Below, in pieces: positions 60,044-64,000 of a DNA stretch of 64,000 bases. This DNA is from Gammaproteobacteria bacterium (GTDB taxonomy: Bacteria; Pseudomonadota; Gammaproteobacteria; Pseudomonadales; Azotimanducaceae). Under the pieces are notes generated by a model. It did not search any database, was not told the DNA's origin, and saw only the letters and a list, made by a program, of their open reading frames with translations. The DNA is taken from NCBI GenBank assembly GCA_002708765.1, contig PAPD01000052.1:15535-79534 (forward strand), in the 5' to 3' direction. Numbering within the stretch: the stretch's first letter is position 1; every line of letters begins with the position of its first letter. A program made the translations under genes and the position numbers.

Positions 60044-61204
60044 ATGACCCTGAAAAAACCAGATATCAGACCAGAAAACTCGTGTTTCTCTTCAGGTCCA
60101 ACCTCGAAATACCCTGGATGGTCTATAAGCGAGCTAGACACAAATTCATTAGGTCGTTCTCATCGTGCCAAACACCCCAAATCAAGACTTAAATTAGTAA
60201 TCGATCAAAGTAAAAAGTTATTAGGTATTCCCGACGATTTTTTAGTCGGCATAGTACCTGCATCAGACACAGGCGCATTCGAAATGGCAATGTGGAACAT
60301 GTTAGGAGCTCGAGGGGTGGACGCTCTCGCGTGGGAGAGTTTTGGTGAAGGGTGGCTAACAGATATTCGTTCGGAACTGCAAATAGACAACGCCAGGTAC
60401 TATAGCGCCGAGTATGGCGAATTGCCCGACCTTAATGAAGTTGATTCGGTCGGTAGAGACCTAGTTTTTGCCTGGAACGGCACAACATCGGGAGTTTGCC
60501 TGGCAGACGGAGACTGGATTTCAAACAATCGTGAAGGACTAACTTTTTGCGATGCAACCTCTGCTCTTTTTGCTATGGAGGTTCCCTGGGAAAAATTAGA
60601 TGTGACAACCTGGAGCTGGCAAAAGGTCCTTGGTGGAGAGGCCGCGCACGGCATGATCGCCTTGTCACCGCGTGCGGCCGAGAGGCTCGAGTCTTACAGC
60701 CCGCCTTGGCCAGTGCCCAAAATATTCAGGCTGACAAAAAAAGGAAAGATTATCGAGGATATATTCGAAGGGGGCACAATAAATACCCCTTCCATGATCG
60801 CCGTTGAGGATCAATTAAAGGCTCTCGAATGGGCCGAGCAATATGGCCTGCAAGGCCTCATTAAAAGAGCAAGATCAAACCTGGAGGCGGTTGAGCATTG
60901 GGTGGAACAAACTCCCTGGGTAGAATTCCTTGCTAGGAACTCGTCTAATCGTTCCCCAACCTCGATATGCTTATCAATCGTTGATCAGTGGTTCACTCAG
61001 AAACCAGAAAAAGACCAAAGAGCTATTATAAAAAACATAGTTAATGAACTAGAATCTCAGAGAGTGGCTTATGATATCGGAGCTTATCGAGATGCGCCGC
61101 CTGGCTTCAGAGTCTGGGGCGGGGGAACTGTAGAAAAAACTGATATAGAAAAATTGCTTCCATGGATAGATTGGGGATACCTAACAGTAAAAAACGAGAA
61201 CTAA
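60044..61204 (+). CDS. serC: phosphoserine aminotransferase (about 385-aa alphaproteobacterial-type SerC)
   Basis: FSSGP...LGRSHR...ASDTGAFEMA...WQKVLGGE class-V aminotransferase pattern. Confidence 0.85.
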   Translation: MTLKKPDIRPENSCFSSGPTSKYPGWSISELDTNSLGRSHRAKHPKSRLKLVIDQSKKLLGIPDDFLVGIVPASDTGAFEMAMWNMLGARGVDALAWESFGEGWLTDIRSELQIDNARYYSAEYGELPDLNEVDSVGRDLVFAWNGTTSGVCLADGDWISNNREGLTFCDATSALFAMEVPWEKLDVTTWSWQKVLGGEAAHGMIALSPRAAERLESYSPPWPVPKIFRLTKKGKIIEDIFEGGTINTPSMIAVEDQLKALEWAEQYGLQGLIKRARSNLEAVEHWVEQTPWVEFLARNSSNRSPTSICLSIVDQWFTQKPEKDQRAIIKNIVNELESQRVAYDIGAYRDAPPGFRVWGGGTVEKTDIEKLLPWIDWGYLTVKNEN

Positions 61205-61207
61205 TAA

Positions 61208-62119
61208 ATGCCAAAATTAAAAGAGATAACAAAAGGATTAAAATTTCCAGAGGGCCCCATAGCCATGCCAGACGGATCTGTGCTTCTGGTTGAAATAGGT
61301 GCGGGTACTCTCACCCGAATAACTCCTGATGGTTCTTCTGAGACAGTGGCTACTCTTGGCGGTGGACCGAATGGAGCTGCGATAGGCCCTGACGAAAAAT
61401 GCTACATCTGCAACAATGGCGGGTTCGAGTGGCACACAAGTAGCAATGGTCTTCTGTTCCCGGGATTGCAACCCGCCGACTATTCCGGAGGAAGGATAGA
61501 AAGGGTCGATCTGGTAACTGGTGATGTTGAAACACTTTATACCGAATGCGAAGGAATTCCTCTTAAAGGTCCGAACGACATCGTTTTCGATAAAGAAGGA
61601 GGGTTCTGGTTCACGGATCATGGTAAAACCAGAAACCGGGACAGAGATAGGACAGGCGTTTTCTATGCTTCGGTAGATGGAAATCTTATTAGCGAGCAGA
61701 TATATCCTATGGAGGCGCCAAATGGAATTGGCCTGTCGCCGGATGAGAAGACTCTTTATGTCGCCGAAACTCCAACGGGAAGGCTCTGGGCTTATCCTAT
61801 TGCTTCTCCCGGAAAGATAAACCAATCCGAAAAACCGAGAATGATGGCTCAAATACCTAGCTATCACCTATACGACTCACTCGCTCTGGATGCTCAGGGA
61901 AATATTTGCGTGGCGACCCTGGTAACTGGTGGGATCACCATCCATTCTCCAGATGGAGAAAAGGCTTCGTTCGTCGAAATGCCAGACGTATTTACAACCA
62001 ATATCTGTTTTGGAGGTAAAGATCTCAAAACAGCGTTCATAACATTATCCACCACAGGAAAGTTAGTGTCTTGCCAATGGGAAACATCCGGACTGCCTCT
62101 TAACTTCCTGAATACCTGA
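61208..62119 (+). CDS. SMP-30/gluconolactonase/LRE family protein
   Basis: FPEGP...PNG six-blade repeats, 303 aa. Confidence 0.85.
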   Translation: MPKLKEITKGLKFPEGPIAMPDGSVLLVEIGAGTLTRITPDGSSETVATLGGGPNGAAIGPDEKCYICNNGGFEWHTSSNGLLFPGLQPADYSGGRIERVDLVTGDVETLYTECEGIPLKGPNDIVFDKEGGFWFTDHGKTRNRDRDRTGVFYASVDGNLISEQIYPMEAPNGIGLSPDEKTLYVAETPTGRLWAYPIASPGKINQSEKPRMMAQIPSYHLYDSLALDAQGNICVATLVTGGITIHSPDGEKASFVEMPDVFTTNICFGGKDLKTAFITLSTTGKLVSCQWETSGLPLNFLNT

Positions 62120-62229
62120 CAAAAATTAGAATAACCAAAGAAATGTCCTTTTGAGAAATAACACCCCCGCTAACCAAGTTTCATCAGGAAGCGAATCAAA
62201 AATCCATAACCTTTCAGGATATAAGGACC

Positions 62230-63228
62230 GTGGTTGTGGATATTAAATCTCTTGGTTGGGGAATTTTTTTTAAACGCCAACTGATAGAGTCAGAAAAAAC
62301 CTATTACCCAGCAAGAATTTCCAGACAAAATACAAATAACTATATACTCCTTTCAGAAAAAGGCTCTTCGATCGGGATTCTCCCAAGCAAATTCAAGGAA
62401 GGGTTTAAGGGTCAGTTGCCTACCGTCGGTGACTGGGTCTTAGTAGAAGACGTTGAAGACATGGAACCGGATAAGGTAACGATTCAAAGAATCCTCGAGC
62501 GAAAGAACCTGCTATCCAGAAAAGAGATTGGGGAAGCCGATCGGCAACAGCTTATGGCAGCCAACATAGACCGCGTTTTTATAGTCTCTGGTCTGGACGG
62601 CGAGTTTAATCCCAGAAAAATAGAAAGATATCTTCTTCTATGCTGGAGCCTGGACCTACAACCTGCAGTTATTCTGAACAAAAAAGACCTCGTGAAAAAT
62701 AGCAAGGACGCGGTTAACCAAGTAAAAACCATTTCTGGAGACACTCCCATACTATGTTTAAGTGCACTAAATAAAATGGGAATATCGAGCCTAATACAGT
62801 ACATGAAACCCGGATCAACAAGCATCTTTCTCGGTTCCTCAGGCGTCGGGAAATCTTCACTTATTAATCTGGTTATGGGAGAAGAAACTTTCAAAACCGG
62901 AGCGGTTAGAACAAAGGACAGCAAAGGCCGCCACACAACCAGCTTCAGGGAACTCGTTTTAACTCCTCATGATTCTGTACTTATTGACACCCCCGGGATG
63001 AGGGAAATCCGGATATGGTCACCGGATATTAACATGAACCGGTTTCAAGACATCCTGGCACTAGCTCAAAGATGCAAATTTAACGATTGCTCTCACACTT
63101 CAGAACCTGGCTGTGAACTCAAACTTGCAGAAGAAAACGGAATAGTTAGCTCAACTAGGCTAAACCAGTTCAAAAGGCTAATGAATGAATCGCTTCAGAA
63201 CGAATTCGGGAACCAAAAAAAATACTAG
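62230..63228 (+). CDS. rsgA: ribosome small-subunit-dependent GTPase A
   Basis: Circularly permuted GTPase: NKKDL ... GSSGVGKSSLIN ... DTPG. Zn motif CKFNDCSHTSEPGC. GTG start. Confidence 0.9.
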   Translation: MVVDIKSLGWGIFFKRQLIESEKTYYPARISRQNTNNYILLSEKGSSIGILPSKFKEGFKGQLPTVGDWVLVEDVEDMEPDKVTIQRILERKNLLSRKEIGEADRQQLMAANIDRVFIVSGLDGEFNPRKIERYLLLCWSLDLQPAVILNKKDLVKNSKDAVNQVKTISGDTPILCLSALNKMGISSLIQYMKPGSTSIFLGSSGVGKSSLINLVMGEETFKTGAVRTKDSKGRHTTSFRELVLTPHDSVLIDTPGMREIRIWSPDINMNRFQDILALAQRCKFNDCSHTSEPGCELKLAEENGIVSSTRLNQFKRLMNESLQNEFGNQKKY

Positions 63229-63232
63229 CGAG

Positions 63233-64000
63233 TTACCCTTCCAGCATTTTTTTCAACTCTGCCTGACGACGCCTTTCCCCCGCTATATATCGAATATAGT
63301 TGCGAGTCTGCTTTTTCTTTTTCTTGTCAAGGCGCGCTGCCTCTCTAAACGATCTAGTCGCCGAATCCCAACGCTCAAGCTGCATCTCGGAAATTCCTTG
63401 CCAAAACGCGCAATCGGCGGGCTTCTTAAGTTTGCCTTTCTTCTGAGCATCCTTGTATGCCTTGACAGCTTCCTTATGACGATCTTCCTGAGCGAGCGTT
63501 TGAGCTAGGCGAAATGCTACCTCTCCATCTTTTGCATATCTGGAAGCACTGCGCCAGGCATCAATAGCTGAATCTGTTTCCTGGGCCATGGTGTAAGCCG
63601 TGGCGAGAAGCTTAAGGTTTTTTTCGTTACTTTCTAATACTTCCGTTTTCAACCCCATCTTCAAAACCTGACTAGCCTCATAGGGGTTGTCTGCGCCAAG
63701 CAATCTCTGGGAAAGCATAACGATCTCACTTTCCTTTTCGAGAAACCCTTGGACGTAGGCTGCATGATATGCTGACAACGCAGCATCGTCTCTGTTTTTC
63801 TCGCCATACATCCCGGCGAGCTGGAGCCAATAACGTTTTTTCGGGTAATCGGTTATCAATCTCTCCAAAACCCTTATAACGTTATCAATATCTTCCAAGG
63901 TATAATAATTAACCACTTGCAACTCTAACCAACTCTCTTTGATCGTTCTTTCTTGAGCGACAGCAATTTCTTCGGTGAGAAGACCCTGCCTCAATGAGTC
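63233..64000 (-). CDS. TPR-repeat protein (N-terminus beyond window end)
   Basis: The frame is open to position 64000. Repeated A..Y..A TPR-like helices and a Lys-rich C-terminal tail. Confidence 0.7.
   Translation of the reverse strand, partial: DSLRQGLLTEEIAVAQERTIKESWLELQVVNYYTLEDIDNVIRVLERLITDYPKKRYWLQLAGMYGEKNRDDAALSAYHAAYVQGFLEKESEIVMLSQRLLGADNPYEASQVLKMGLKTEVLESNEKNLKLLATAYTMAQETDSAIDAWRSASRYAKDGEVAFRLAQTLAQEDRHKEAVKAYKDAQKKGKLKKPADCAFWQGISEMQLERWDSATRSFREAARLDKKKKKQTRNYIRYIAGERRRQAELKKMLEG

Noticed and set aside
61238-61867. 209-aa ORF antisense to the SMP-30 gene. Similar long shadow ORFs occur at 22585-23103, 27613-28092, 62484-62936, 35017-35454, 56393-56770, 56790-57176 and 12105-12500.
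   Set aside because: Each lies entirely opposite a gene with clear family motifs. The translations are Arg/Ser/Leu-rich and low-complexity with no recognisable domains. They are typical antisense-frame artefacts.

Overview
Densely packed (about 90% coding) 64-kb stretch of a gammaproteobacterial chromosome with moderate to low GC. The assignment rests on E. coli-like micro-synteny: trxB...aat-infA/clpA-clpS-cspD, and rluE...mnmA-hflD-purB-roxA. I found no rRNA, tRNA, CRISPR array, integrase, transposase or obvious defence genes. Most of the window is housekeeping or core metabolism. Left to right: the 5' end of a TonB-dependent receptor and a complete urease cluster ureDABCEFG. Next comes katG, which carries a signal peptide. 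An accessory-looking block follows at about 8-23 kb: a YkvI-like permease/EthD-like/NmrA-like operon, a PHP-like lipoprotein, a DUF411 protein, EamA, VOC, a tandem acyl-CoA dehydrogenase pair, an SDR, an XRE/S24 regulator, and a TonB-dependent receptor with a DUF3604 protein. After that come BI-1, tusDCBE, serS, lolA, ftsK, trxB, the N-degron locus aat-bpt-infA/clpA-clpS, cspD, rluE, moaCDE, mnmA-hflD-purB-roxA, a GNAT gene and rraA. The methylcitrate operon prpB-prpC-acnD-prpF follows, then thrH, cysB, a 5'-nucleotidase, and a tightly coupled four-gene operon of unknown function (VWA, membrane Pam18/Tim14-type J protein, truncated ACAD-like, HAD). The window ends with LLM and SDR oxidoreductases, metA-MATE, an alpha-type serC, an SMP-30 lactonase, rsgA and a partial TPR gene. 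The most noteworthy non-coding signal is a promoter, pseudoknot-capable hairpin, antiterminator and terminator leader immediately upstream of metA, which I read as a candidate SAM-responsive riboswitch. Other points of interest are the VWA/J-domain/ACAD-like/HAD operon, an alpha/beta-type ACAD pair, an OxyR-like operator before an exported KatG, a TBDR-DUF3604 module, and several overlapping or zero-gap convergent gene ends. All coordinates of small motifs were counted by hand. All homology statements come from motif recognition and memory, not from searches.
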